Positions 18,265 through 27,395 are shown, counted from the first letter of the stretch. The stretch is 64,000 nt of DNA from an uncultured virus (IMG/VR IMGVR_UViG_3300042886_000689) (IMGVR_UViG_3300042886_000689); one strand, 5' to 3'. Program-made: numbers and translations. The notes: a model not told the origin generated them from the letters alone.

Positions 18265-19542
18265 TTATTCTTTCATTACAATTATGCCTAGGCCAGTTTC
18301 TTCATAGTTTCCATCGTAATGACTTAGAAAATGAGCTTCACCATCTTCTTGAACAGCGGCTTCGGCTGCTGATTCAATGTCAATGCTTACGAATGATGCT
18401 TTAAGGTAGTCTTCTTCTGAGTAGGCACCAATTTCATTCACGAAATAATTCATGGCATCTTTTTCAAGCTCGTTGTAAACATAATCATAATGATTATCAT
18501 ATAAAGCTTCTCTCATTTTGTCGTAATCTGGCTCGGCCACTTCGATATTATTTTCGGCCCAATCAAGAAATGCTTCTAGTCTTTCTTGTTCTCCTTTGTC
18601 GTGAGAATCGGGGCTTTTTTTAACAGCTTCAATATTCTTTTCAATTTCATAGATTAAGTCATCTTTATCATCAATCCTTCCAGAAGATGAAAGCTTGTAA
18701 TGCTCTGTGAATTGACCGCCATGCCATTCGGCTGCGATTTTCGTTGCATCGTCATCTATTTCTTTGCTTCCAATATTGTAATACACACTATAGTCATCAA
18801 TATACATTTTTTCATCAGCACCGCCTTCGTACAAGGCATCTCCAACTTCTTCTTCATATTTTTCAAGAACTTCGTCTTCGTCTAAATTGCTTGTGTAAGC
18901 CTCTGCTTCTTCCCCTGCGATAAGTCTCTTGTCGGTATCAGTAATATAGGTATGGTTTTGAAGCCATTCTTGATTAAATAATTCAGGCTCATCTTCGAGT
19001 GTCTGAGTGACTGAATCAATTGCAATATCATGAAATTCATCAAAGCTTGGAATAAGGTTAAATTCCTCACCATCAACCGTAACACTGTAGCAAGTACCAT
19101 AGCTTGAATATCTTCCATTATCGTTTAGAGATTCTTCGATTTCTTCAGCAATTTCTTTTTTTGCTTTGCTAGAGAATTTCTTATGGAAAAATTCAACAAG
19201 GTCTTTTTTAACCTTTGCTGAGTCCATATCAATTGGTTTTTTCACTGGGTTGCTCCTAGTTGGATTATTGAGTTTTGAATATTTGGCGATTTTTGCTTTT
19301 CTTGCTTGGGCGTATTCTTTTTTGAAATTCTTGAGAAACCATTTACTAAATTCTTGTTGATTTTTAAAGGCGGTATTGAATTTATTTTTTGCTGCTATGA
19401 ACTCGGGCATCGCTCTAACATGGTCAGGCGTTAATCCCATAGGCCCTCTACCGAATTTATCAAAATATCTTAATTCCTCAGAAGCCTCGTCAACGATTTC
19501 TGCCAAATTTTTCCTAGTCGCTTCTGCTTCTTGATAAGTCAT
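18265..19542 (-). CDS. Multi-domain NP-linker protein; highly acidic, possibly ArdA/Ocr-like DNA mimic
   Basis: N-terminal GPMGLTPDHVR module, LNNPTRSNP linker, very acidic C-terminal region ending IDIESAAEAAVQEDGEAHFLSHYDGNYEE. Confidence 0.6.
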   Translation of the reverse strand: MTYQEAEATRKNLAEIVDEASEELRYFDKFGRGPMGLTPDHVRAMPEFIAAKNKFNTAFKNQQEFSKWFLKNFKKEYAQARKAKIAKYSKLNNPTRSNPVKKPIDMDSAKVKKDLVEFFHKKFSSKAKKEIAEEIEESLNDNGRYSSYGTCYSVTVDGEEFNLIPSFDEFHDIAIDSVTQTLEDEPELFNQEWLQNHTYITDTDKRLIAGEEAEAYTSNLDEDEVLEKYEEEVGDALYEGGADEKMYIDDYSVYYNIGSKEIDDDATKIAAEWHGGQFTEHYKLSSSGRIDDKDDLIYEIEKNIEAVKKSPDSHDKGEQERLEAFLDWAENNIEVAEPDYDKMREALYDNHYDYVYNELEKDAMNYFVNEIGAYSEEDYLKASFVSIDIESAAEAAVQEDGEAHFLSHYDGNYEETGLGIIVMKE

Positions 19543-19561
19543 AACTTTTCCCTTTCAAGAA

Positions 19562-19969
19562 TTATACCTTCGGAGTGGCCTGAGTGGTAACTTTTTGTAG
19601 TAATTTATCTTTATTTGTATAAAGTACATAAACTGCAAGGGCACCGGCACCAGCTAGGACTACTTTGCTTCTAAAAAGCTTCGTAACGTACCATAGTCCA
19701 AAAAGGGACAATATATTTTTTACCCTATCTTTAGTTACGTCTTTTAAGTACGGTGCTAGGCCCTGTTCTGAAATGAAGTCTTGAACTTCTTGACTAGACG
19801 CAAATTGTCCGGCCTTAGTGAGGGTGGTATCTACGGACGACTGTGCCATATTTGAAAATGTATTTATAAGTGAATTTTGCATTTGTTGAGCGGCATCTGT
19901 GGTTGATGCAGAGATGTTATTCATTACAACATTGCCGGTGCTTGTTACGTTTGCTTCTGGGGCATCCAT
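19562..19969 (-). CDS. Membrane protein
   Basis: Two hydrophobic segments near the C-terminus. Confidence 0.7.
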   Translation of the reverse strand: MDAPEANVTSTGNVVMNNISASTTDAAQQMQNSLINTFSNMAQSSVDTTLTKAGQFASSQEVQDFISEQGLAPYLKDVTKDRVKNILSLFGLWYVTKLFRSKVVLAGAGALAVYVLYTNKDKLLQKVTTQATPKV

Positions 19970-19970
19970 G

Positions 19971-20534
19971 TTATTTCTTCCTGTAAAAATACATTACTGT
20001 TAGTGAGCCGACCAAAAGAAACGAGATAAGCTTCATCTGGTAGGCCTGTCTTTCCTTCGTAACTCTTTCGTATTCCAAAATTTGTGCTGTATCGTCTACG
20101 GCACCCATGCCCTTTCTTCGGGCAAGAACATATCGAGTATAAAGGTTTTTAATTCTTTGAACTGGTGATGATTGCATCTGGCCAGCCTTTAGTTTTTCTG
20201 GTTTTTTTAGCTCAGGAATACTATCAATAAAATACTGCCAAGGAATTTCGATACCTGATGGCACTACATTTAAAAAGTCTGCTATTTGGGTATTCCGTTC
20301 TTCTAGGGTATATGGAATATTTGGATTTGATTCTCGGGTAGGATAAAGGAGAGTGACAAATTTTCTAGCAAGCGGATTTGAGAAGTTCTTCATATTCCCA
20401 GAAGCAGTTTTAGCCGCTCTGGCAGGAATCTTTTTAATGATTTTTGCCACATTAGGCCTAAGGCCCGTAACTTCTACAGCAAAGTTCCCTTCTGTGTAGA
20501 TTTCTGGTCTTGGAAAAACAGTCATTTTAGTCAT
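19971..20534 (-). CDS. Tail-anchored membrane protein with SNP motifs
   Basis: FSNP, ESNP, KGMGA; C-terminal TM followed by RKK. Confidence 0.7.
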   Translation of the reverse strand: MTKMTVFPRPEIYTEGNFAVEVTGLRPNVAKIIKKIPARAAKTASGNMKNFSNPLARKFVTLLYPTRESNPNIPYTLEERNTQIADFLNVVPSGIEIPWQYFIDSIPELKKPEKLKAGQMQSSPVQRIKNLYTRYVLARRKGMGAVDDTAQILEYERVTKERQAYQMKLISFLLVGSLTVMYFYRKK

Positions 20535-20543
20535 ATACGCCTC

Positions 20544-20726
20544 TTAGTCATCGAAAATTGGGTTAAATTCATCGTGGTTCTCATCGTCGTCAATTTCTTT
20601 GATTTTACCCTTACCTGAAATCAGAGTGTAAAGGAGAACACCCGACAAAAGAACACTGACAACTTGAAGATATAATTGATAGCGTTGAATTTTATACTTT
20701 TCAATGTCTAAAACTGTGGGTTCCAC
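20544..20726 (-). CDS. Small single-pass membrane protein
   Basis: One TM helix, acidic tail. Confidence 0.6.
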   Translation of the reverse strand: MEPTVLDIEKYKIQRYQLYLQVVSVLLSGVLLYTLISGKGKIKEIDDDENHDEFNPIFDD

Positions 20727-21364
20727 TATGCCATCCTTGGTGCATTAGTCATGTACTGATATATAATATACCCTAAAACGCTGGCACCAACAACCGCCAC
20801 AACACCGATTCCCACGGTCGTTGCGTTGATTGAGCCAAAAAGATTAGCGGCGTATGACTTAAGAGATTCGACGCGCTTTAGCCATCCATTCAAAAACACC
20901 GATTGACTTGGGTTATTTGCCACAATTGTTTTGTAGGCATTAATAGATTCCGTGAGGTATTTTGGGATAAAGTCGGTATCTTTTACGCCATTCAGTGTTG
21001 CAATCGTTACAGGCCCTATTTTTCCGTCTTGGGCAAGCCCGAGGATTCTTTGCGCTTGTTTTACGGCGGCACTTACGCCACGATTTACGGCCTGATCAAA
21101 GATGATTGCTGCAATTGCATATTGCTTGATTTTGTCGCCTTGAATGGCATCCCAGTACATTGTTTTATAAATGGCAACGGCATTGCCCTTTGGCATATTT
21201 TTCATAACTGAATCGGCTTCAGCACTTGAGAGCTTTCTTCCGAGAAATTTTTCGTATGTTGCTTGAGTGATTCCGAAGTTTGTTCTTCCCCCAGTATCAA
21301 GAGGATTATTTACATAACCTCCCTCGTGCTCAAGGACTTTGTTAATTGCATCTAAATAATTCAT
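20726..21364 (-). CDS. GH108 lysozyme with peptidoglycan-binding domain and C-terminal TM anchor
   Basis: EGGYVNNPLDTGGRTNFGIT, IYKTMYW, FDQAVNRG, DGKIGPVT, FLNGWLKRV; C-terminal VGIGVVAVVGASVLGYIIY. Confidence 0.92.
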   Translation of the reverse strand: MNYLDAINKVLEHEGGYVNNPLDTGGRTNFGITQATYEKFLGRKLSSAEADSVMKNMPKGNAVAIYKTMYWDAIQGDKIKQYAIAAIIFDQAVNRGVSAAVKQAQRILGLAQDGKIGPVTIATLNGVKDTDFIPKYLTESINAYKTIVANNPSQSVFLNGWLKRVESLKSYAANLFGSINATTVGIGVVAVVGASVLGYIIYQYMTNAPRMA

Positions 21365-21373
21365 CGGTGCCCC

Positions 21374-22051
21374 TTATTTCTTTAAAATCTTTAGTAGTCG
21401 TTCTCTTTCTTTTACGAGCCACGGAGTCGGGTTAAATGCCCGATCACGTTCAAAATCCTTGTTATGGATTCCCCCTGCCCCAAGATGTTCAACGAATGAA
21501 ACCTTGGATACAAAAGTATGACCTAAAATGTCTCCAAAGACAAAATCCCAACTGTTGTTAAACTTCTCGGGGATTTGCTTTATATCAGAAACGTCATAAA
21601 AAAGGCTTATTCCAGCGCATGACGTTCTTAAAACAACGTCATTATATTCTTGAATGGTTCGCATGAAGTGATGAGTAGTATTGTAGAGGCCCAAACAGCC
21701 CCGAAACTTCTTTCTCATATCATAGAGGCGATAAAGCCAGTCAGGGTCATGGATGGCATCGTTATCAATATGGTAAATGTATTTTAATTTGCCTGATTCG
21801 GCGATTTGGTGAGCAACAACTCTTAGGTGATCAATTCCTAACTTACTAGGAAGCCTTAAGACTCCTGATGAGCGAGTCCATGATTTTAATTCATCTAAGG
21901 AAAATTCGGTTGAATGGTCATCCAAGACCACGAGGCGAGCATTTAGACGAGTCGCATCAATATTTTCAAGGGCAAGCTTCGTAACATCTCCACGATTAAA
22001 CGTGGTCATGACAATTAGAATATTTTTACAAAATTCATCGAAGCTTTCCAT
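21374..22051 (-). CDS. Glycosyltransferase family 2 (GT-A fold)
   Basis: IVMTTFNR, VVLDDHST, HIDND (DxD-like), VEHLG. Confidence 0.8.
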   Translation of the reverse strand: MESFDEFCKNILIVMTTFNRGDVTKLALENIDATRLNARLVVLDDHSTEFSLDELKSWTRSSGVLRLPSKLGIDHLRVVAHQIAESGKLKYIYHIDNDAIHDPDWLYRLYDMRKKFRGCLGLYNTTHHFMRTIQEYNDVVLRTSCAGISLFYDVSDIKQIPEKFNNSWDFVFGDILGHTFVSKVSFVEHLGAGGIHNKDFERDRAFNPTPWLVKERERLLKILKK

Positions 22052-22053
22052 CC

Positions 22054-22302
22054 CTACATTTTAGCACTTTTTTTGATTTCAACAACATCGCCTTGGATAT
22101 TGGTGATCATTAAATCATGAATTTTTAAAACGGTATGAATGTCAGAAATCTCGCTGGCATGATATTCAACTTTATCGGCAGTTTTTTTAACGGTTGATTC
22201 AATATTTTCCAAGATTTTCTTAGTAGTCCAACCTATGTAACTGATAAAGCATCCAAAAATGAGCGTGATAATTGGTGTCGCTTGAAAATATTCCATCTTC
22301 AT
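22054..22302 (-). CDS. Small membrane/coiled-coil protein, possibly holin-like
   Basis: N-terminal TM then heptad-like helix; near the lysozyme gene. Confidence 0.5.
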   Translation of the reverse strand: MKMEYFQATPIITLIFGCFISYIGWTTKKILENIESTVKKTADKVEYHASEISDIHTVLKIHDLMITNIQGDVVEIKKSAKM

Positions 22303-22317
22303 GAGTAATCCTTGTTA

Positions 22318-22347
22318 TTGACAAACTGGAGAGGGGCGAACTATCTT
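22318..22347 (+). promoter_or_regulatory. Sigma70-like promoter
   Basis: TTGACA-18 nt-TATCTT upstream of the XRE gene at a strand switch. Confidence 0.55.
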
Positions 22348-22379
22348 GCCTGTATTATCTAATTTTACCATTATTACTC

Positions 22380-22631
22380 ATGCAGGGCAATATCATGAAA
22401 CACCTAAAACAGCCGACTTTTATGAAAAAACGGAGAATAGCCATGAGTATTACTCAGGAATCTATTGCTTCAAATCTCGAAATGGCAATTTCAAGCATCG
22501 GGGGCATCGAAAGGGGCGACAATCCGGCCCGAAAAGGCATAGCTGACAAAATTGCGCTCATTTTAAACGCACCTTTTTCCACTTTATTCAAGCCCCATTC
22601 AAAACTAGAAAATCGTTTTATTGCTAGATAA
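22380..22631 (+). CDS. XRE-family helix-turn-helix regulator
   Basis: KKRRIAMSITQESIASNLEMAISSIGGIERGDNP...IALILN pattern; start may be at a downstream ATG. Confidence 0.85.
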   Translation: MQGNIMKHLKQPTFMKKRRIAMSITQESIASNLEMAISSIGGIERGDNPARKGIADKIALILNAPFSTLFKPHSKLENRFIAR

Positions 22632-22667
22632 TGCTTTCCCTTTTTGCTTTGTTAATGGCAAAGTTTA

Positions 22668-23138
22668 ATGAATCAACAAGGAGAACAAATGGAATTCCCA
22701 AATTTTAAAGAAGAATTAAAGAAGAGAGAGTTTACGTTTAAATGTAAAGTTGCTCGCAAAAAAGTTTCTTTTTACGATGATGCTTATGACAACAACTCCC
22801 ATGCTGATCTAGTTATTTTGGAGCCGTATGAAGGCTCTGAGCGCGATTTATTCATGACCGCTTATTATCAAGAAGCCGCACCAATCAAGAACGGCGAAGG
22901 GCATTTAACGAGTCGTGTGGAGCTTCCTGCTTATATTGGTTCGCCATGTTCAATGCCTTCAATGGTTCGTTTAAGCTGGCCCAACGGAATTTATGAGAAG
23001 CCGCATTTATTGATTATGACTTATGCAATGGAGCAACTTTTAAATTCATATAAAAGTATTGAATCAATTGAAATAAAAGTATTTCCATACGAGAAAGCAG
23101 ACGAATTCGGATTACATAACGGCGTAGTTCGCATCTAA
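22668..23138 (+). CDS. Hypothetical protein
   Basis: AGGAG before the internal ATG (MEFP); ORF in + block. Confidence 0.7.
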   Translation: MNQQGEQMEFPNFKEELKKREFTFKCKVARKKVSFYDDAYDNNSHADLVILEPYEGSERDLFMTAYYQEAAPIKNGEGHLTSRVELPAYIGSPCSMPSMVRLSWPNGIYEKPHLLIMTYAMEQLLNSYKSIESIEIKVFPYEKADEFGLHNGVVRI

Positions 23139-23171
23139 CATTTTGAAACTAAGAGGGTTTTAAAGAATTGT

Positions 23172-23363
23172 ATGGAAGAAAATACACTGTCATTGACAAA
23201 GAAACCGAGATGGGAAATATTGACCGCATCAAAACTTGGGGAAATGGGAATTAGTGAAAAATTTCATCCTCAAATTTTGCAAGGAATAGAAACAATGCTG
23301 CCAATGATGCTAATTTTTATTCCTTGTTTGATGGCAGCATTTTTTAGCAAAAACGAAAAGTAA
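23172..23363 (+). CDS. Small hypothetical membrane protein
   Basis: Hydrophobic C-terminus. Confidence 0.5.
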   Translation: MEENTLSLTKKPRWEILTASKLGEMGISEKFHPQILQGIETMLPMMLIFIPCLMAAFFSKNEK

Positions 23364-23409
23364 CGATTAGTCCCAAAATGGTTTTGGGAACATAATGGAG
23401 AATACGCAA

Positions 23410-24192
23410 ATGGCAAAAACAAAAGCTGACACAGCTACAACAACCGATGGTCTTGAGAAATTCGCTGCAATTTTAGCAGATATGACTCCTGATCAACAAA
23501 CAGCACTTGCAACACTTACAGTTGAAGAAAAAGTTGCAAAACTTGAATTTCTTCTTTCGATTCAGTCTTCTGCTTTAGTAGCAAATGACGTTGAATTCTT
23601 AGACGTAAAACCAGTTAAAGAGAATATTGAAATTCTTACTGCCGGTGGTTTGGGCCTAACGGCTGGAACAAGAATTCGTGCATTTTTGCTTGGGACTGTT
23701 CACATTTACTCAAAAGACTTTAAAGAGAATTGGAAGATTTTCACATCTGAAAACGGCGTGACTTATTATTACAATTCATATATTAAATTTCGTGGTGTAA
23801 ACGGTAATGATTTCGGGATTTGGAACTCACCAACTCTTCGTATGCTTGAAAAAGTTCCTACAAATGCAGCACTTCCTGAATCGGTTAAATCTAACCCTCT
23901 GGTTGAAGTGACTTATATTGGAAAAATCGAAGGTCGTGACCGTCTTTCAAAAGAATTCGGAATTGAACTTCGTCAAGGTAACTCAGCACACGTTTTCCAA
24001 CCGAAAATCGCTGCCGGTGTTAAATATGATGCTTACGTTAAAGGCTGCGTGAACTCACTAAATTCACCATTTCCAGTTGAGAGAGCGGAAGCCGGTTCAG
24101 TTTCTCGTGATGAAGCTACTCGCTCAAACTACGAAAAACTTATGGCCCACCAGAACAACGGTTCATCAATAACTGCAATTTTGGCAAATTAA
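23410..24192 (+). CDS. Highly expressed protein, candidate single-stranded DNA-binding protein
   Basis: GGAG RBS, upstream hairpin, downstream terminator, CGT/AAC/TTC-rich codons; beta-rich core GIWNSPTL...VEVTYIGK...HVF suggestive of an OB fold (inference). Confidence 0.45.
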   Translation: MAKTKADTATTTDGLEKFAAILADMTPDQQTALATLTVEEKVAKLEFLLSIQSSALVANDVEFLDVKPVKENIEILTAGGLGLTAGTRIRAFLLGTVHIYSKDFKENWKIFTSENGVTYYYNSYIKFRGVNGNDFGIWNSPTLRMLEKVPTNAALPESVKSNPLVEVTYIGKIEGRDRLSKEFGIELRQGNSAHVFQPKIAAGVKYDAYVKGCVNSLNSPFPVERAEAGSVSRDEATRSNYEKLMAHQNNGSSITAILAN

Positions 24193-24209
24193 TCCAGTAA
24201 TGGTTTGAA

Positions 24210-24250
24210 GGGGAACAAAGTAGTCAAATATTTTGTTCCCCATTTGTTTT
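24210..24250 (+). terminator. Intrinsic terminator
   Basis: ggggaacaaa...tttgttcccc stem followed by a T-rich tract. Confidence 0.65.
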
Positions 24251-24271
24251 TGAATCTTCGTATAATGAGAA

Positions 24272-24490
24272 ATGGATAACGATGACAAAATTCTCATATT
24301 CCTCTCAATTTACGGCGAAGTTCTGGTTAAGGAGAAAGACACACTTTGGATATGGTCAAAATTTCTCGATGGCCCAATAATCGCAACGGACGCATATTTA
24401 TTTGAAAGTTGTTTAATATTAATTGATGAAATAGAGAGAAAAGAATGGAAGAACTTTCGCAAGTACATGAAGAAGCATCTCAAAGAGTAA
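24272..24490 (+). CDS. Hypothetical protein
   Basis: ORF in + operon. Confidence 0.6.
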   Translation: MDNDDKILIFLSIYGEVLVKEKDTLWIWSKFLDGPIIATDAYLFESCLILIDEIERKEWKNFRKYMKKHLKE

Positions 24491-24639
24491 GAGTTATGGC
24501 CCTAGAATCGGTCATGGGGCTTGGATTAAAAATCATTAAAGACATTGCATATCACAATAGACATAAAGAACCTGATTACTTAGAATTAGTTAAAGACTAC
24601 GTTGCCATTTTGGAAGGCATGATCAAGGAAGATGAATGA
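24445..24639 (+). CDS. Hypothetical protein
   Basis: ATGA-coupled to the next gene; start uncertain. Confidence 0.5.
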   Translation: MEELSQVHEEASQRVRVMALESVMGLGLKIIKDIAYHNRHKEPDYLELVKDYVAILEGMIKEDE

Positions 24640-24932
24640 TTTCGGATGAAAAAATAAAGCTCCCCACCGTTCACAATATCTTAACAAGAAAAAATACTCA
24701 TTCTTATGAAATTCCATCGTTTATTACTGGGACATTTATTGTTAAATGTTGCGGCTTAACTCTTTGTTCAAGAGAGGAATCAATGGATGAGTTTTGGGAT
24801 TTTTTCATTGAGAATAACCGAATTCATTTCAATCCTGATCTTTTGCAAAGTATTTATTTAATTGAAGATATGAATAGTTCAAATGGACTTCCGAGAGAAG
24901 TTGTTACGCTTGTTTATAAAGAACAAGAATGA
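24636..24932 (+). CDS. Hypothetical protein
   Basis: ORF in + operon. Confidence 0.6.
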   Translation: MISDEKIKLPTVHNILTRKNTHSYEIPSFITGTFIVKCCGLTLCSREESMDEFWDFFIENNRIHFNPDLLQSIYLIEDMNSSNGLPREVVTLVYKEQE

Positions 24933-25171
24933 ATAGCCACAACCTTCTCGCCTTTCTTTTTATTTGCCTGATTATGCTTATGGATACGAGCGATATTTCA
25001 ACAATGCTTCTCATGGTTTATATTACCTACTGCATTTTTACATCTTCCCCTATAGCATTTTGGCTCTGGTAATGAAAAAAGAAACCAAAGAATCAATCTT
25101 GGATTCAATGAGTATTACCGTTTTTGTTGTCGCAATACTCTACTGGCTTCTTGAGCAAATTAAGGATTGAT

Positions 25172-26092
25172 ATGATTTCCGATAAAATTATTTATTGTTT
25201 GAACTCAGCCGCCGTTGGCGATCTTATGGCCGCGGCACCAGTCGTTAAGTGGATGATTAATTCATTTCATAAAAACCAAGATTACAAGGTTGCAATATTT
25301 GAAGACTTTAAAGATTTATTTCCGTTTGTGCCTCAAGACAAGTTTATTCCTCTGGCAGCTTCATACGATGGTTCATTCGCTGTTAGACAACTCAATATGT
25401 CTGGGGTTGGTGGAAATATTGCTCGCTTAACTCCCTCACGAGTAAAGCTCACTCAATACGCCTCGATTGGGCTTGCTTCTAGGGTCTTGCCCGATTCCCT
25501 ACTTGGCTACGTTCCACTCGAAGAAGTTGATGTTTCTCATTATGGAATTGATTTTTCAAACTGTGCCATTTTTCTTACGACTTACAGGGATATTACCCGA
25601 GCATGGAAGGGCGAAGAAATTCAAAAAGTAGCTGATTACGTTTTATCTAAAGGCATTACTCCTGTTTTCGTTGGAAAACGTGGAGCTATTAGCATCTGGA
25701 AAACGCTTGCGAAAACTGATTTTGAATTTAATGGTGTTGGTGTTAATTTGATTGATAAGACGACATTTAAAGAATTGTATTCGGTTATGAATAAGGCAAA
25801 GGTCATTTTCGGAATTGATTCAGGCCCACTACATATTGCATTTTCGACTAATACGCCGGTCGTGGCAGGATTTACGAATGTTCACCCGATGTACAGGGTG
25901 CCTTTTAGAGGCGATGCCCGAACTGAGTCTGTTTTCCCTAAAAATGTTGATTGTAGATTTTGTCAAAGTAATTGGAACTTGGATTTTCATAACTTTACTA
26001 AGTGTCCTAGAAAGCTTGACGAGCCAGAATGTACTGAGAATATGAAAGCTGAATATTTTATTGAGGCGTTTGAGAAACTAGGTTTGCTTTAG
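25172..26092 (+). CDS. Glycosyltransferase family 9 (heptosyltransferase-like, GT-B)
   Basis: AVGDL, RAW, NLIDKTTFKEL, GIDSGPLHIA, C-terminal CxxC...C...C. Confidence 0.85.
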   Translation: MISDKIIYCLNSAAVGDLMAAAPVVKWMINSFHKNQDYKVAIFEDFKDLFPFVPQDKFIPLAASYDGSFAVRQLNMSGVGGNIARLTPSRVKLTQYASIGLASRVLPDSLLGYVPLEEVDVSHYGIDFSNCAIFLTTYRDITRAWKGEEIQKVADYVLSKGITPVFVGKRGAISIWKTLAKTDFEFNGVGVNLIDKTTFKELYSVMNKAKVIFGIDSGPLHIAFSTNTPVVAGFTNVHPMYRVPFRGDARTESVFPKNVDCRFCQSNWNLDFHNFTKCPRKLDEPECTENMKAEYFIEAFEKLGLL

Positions 26093-26258
26093 TAGCAATG
26101 TAGTTTTTAAGATTATTCGAGATCACCAAAACACCTGAAACAATCATGATTGATTTAAGCGTTGCCGAAGGCAGCTTTGTTCCGGCATAGATCATGAATG
26201 GCCCAAGAATTAGAACGTCTATGATTCTCATTCCTTGTGATTTTTGAACTTCAATCAT
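26058..26258 (-). CDS. Small two-TM membrane protein
   Basis: Two hydrophobic helices. Confidence 0.6.
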   Translation of the reverse strand: MIEVQKSQGMRIIDVLILGPFMIYAGTKLPSATLKSIMIVSGVLVISNNLKNYIATKANLVSQTPQ

Positions 26259-26548
26259 TAGAGGCCAGCTTTTATGAGTTTTGAGTAGTATTTCTTATCT
26301 TCGCTTAAGTGATCTAAAACAATCTCCCGAGCAATGCTTTTATCGTTCGTATGCTCCATCTCCACCTTGATTCCCATAGCAAACTCTTTAGCATTAACAT
26401 CTTTACGTGATAATCGGTCGCCTTTGCCGCCCACAAGGCGGTTTTGCGGAGTCTTGGCATCATAAGCAATCATCCAATAGCAAGCCGCATAGAAGGCGGT
26501 TAAAATGATTATTGACTTGGGCGAAAAATTGTATTTTGAGTAATCCAT
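26258..26548 (-). CDS. DUF5661-like protein with N-terminal TM helix
   Basis: GGKGD...MGIKVEMEHT...AREIVLDHLSEDKKYYSKL motif. Confidence 0.7.
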   Translation of the reverse strand: MDYSKYNFSPKSIIILTAFYAACYWMIAYDAKTPQNRLVGGKGDRLSRKDVNAKEFAMGIKVEMEHTNDKSIAREIVLDHLSEDKKYYSKLIKAGL

Positions 26549-26572
26549 TCATTTATAATAGCAAATTCAAGG

Positions 26573-26603
26573 AAAAAAGAAAGGGAGCCGTGGCCCCCTT
26601 TCT
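26573..26603 (-). terminator. Intrinsic terminator
   Basis: Minus strand agaaagggggccacggctccctttct followed by a T-run. Confidence 0.7.
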
Positions 26604-26609
26604 AGTTAA

Positions 26610-27395
26610 CTAGTTATCCAAAACTTCAATTTTCCCAATTACGAAATATCCACCGGCACAGCCACCAACCCACGTTATTGACTGGCCACTAGCATTGGTA
26701 GCATTGGCAACAAATGTCGCTTCAAGATACGAGCCAACGGCTGCATCAATCTGAACGGCAGAAAAAGATGCTACTGTTCCGGCACCGCTTTCTGGGCCAA
26801 TATAGAGACTTGCGCTATATGCACCGGCACCACTATTGGAAGTTTCTTTTACATAAACTCTAACCTTATAAGTCTCGCCCTCCACAAATGTTACAACATT
26901 AGCGCGGTTGAAATAGTATCCATCTCCTGCACCTGATTGATAGATGGAAATTCCACCATCAACGTAAGCGCAACTTCCGTATCTTTGTTCGTATGATTGC
27001 TGACCATTAGGATTAGCGAAATCCCTTGTGTACAATGGAGCCGCTGAATCAAAATTAACCACGAAGTCGGCCTGATCAAGTGACGTTGAAGGCACTCTGA
27101 ATGAGCCATTGTTAAAGTCAACAATGGTCATCGAAATAGCTTCAAAAACATCTTTCGATGGAGAGATAACAAGAAGCGAGCCAGTAGGAGAAACTTGAGT
27201 AGCATCAAAGTTTACAGTCAGCATTTCATTGTCTGATGTACTCTTGTAATTGATGATTACTTTTTTCCAGTTAGCTGAATCACCATACCATGCACTCGCG
27301 ACAACCACCGGCAAAGCAGCTAAAGCCGCTTTATCGAGTGTGAAGGTGATTGGTGCGTCTTTGCCTATTGGGGACGATTTTGTAATGATTGGCAT
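26610..27395 (-). CDS. Spike/decoration paralogue (IITK N-domain plus beta-sandwich-like C-domain)
   Basis: MPIITKSSPI N-domain shared with neighbours; beta-rich C-terminus. Confidence 0.75.
   Translation of the reverse strand: MPIITKSSPIGKDAPITFTLDKAALAALPVVVASAWYGDSANWKKVIINYKSTSDNEMLTVNFDATQVSPTGSLLVISPSKDVFEAISMTIVDFNNGSFRVPSTSLDQADFVVNFDSAAPLYTRDFANPNGQQSYEQRYGSCAYVDGGISIYQSGAGDGYYFNRANVVTFVEGETYKVRVYVKETSNSGAGAYSASLYIGPESGAGTVASFSAVQIDAAVGSYLEATFVANATNASGQSITWVGGCAGGYFVIGKIEVLDN

Noticed and set aside
21290..21330. NNP in the lysozyme as an NP linker
   Set aside because: It is part of the canonical GH108 EGGYVNxPxDxGG catalytic motif.
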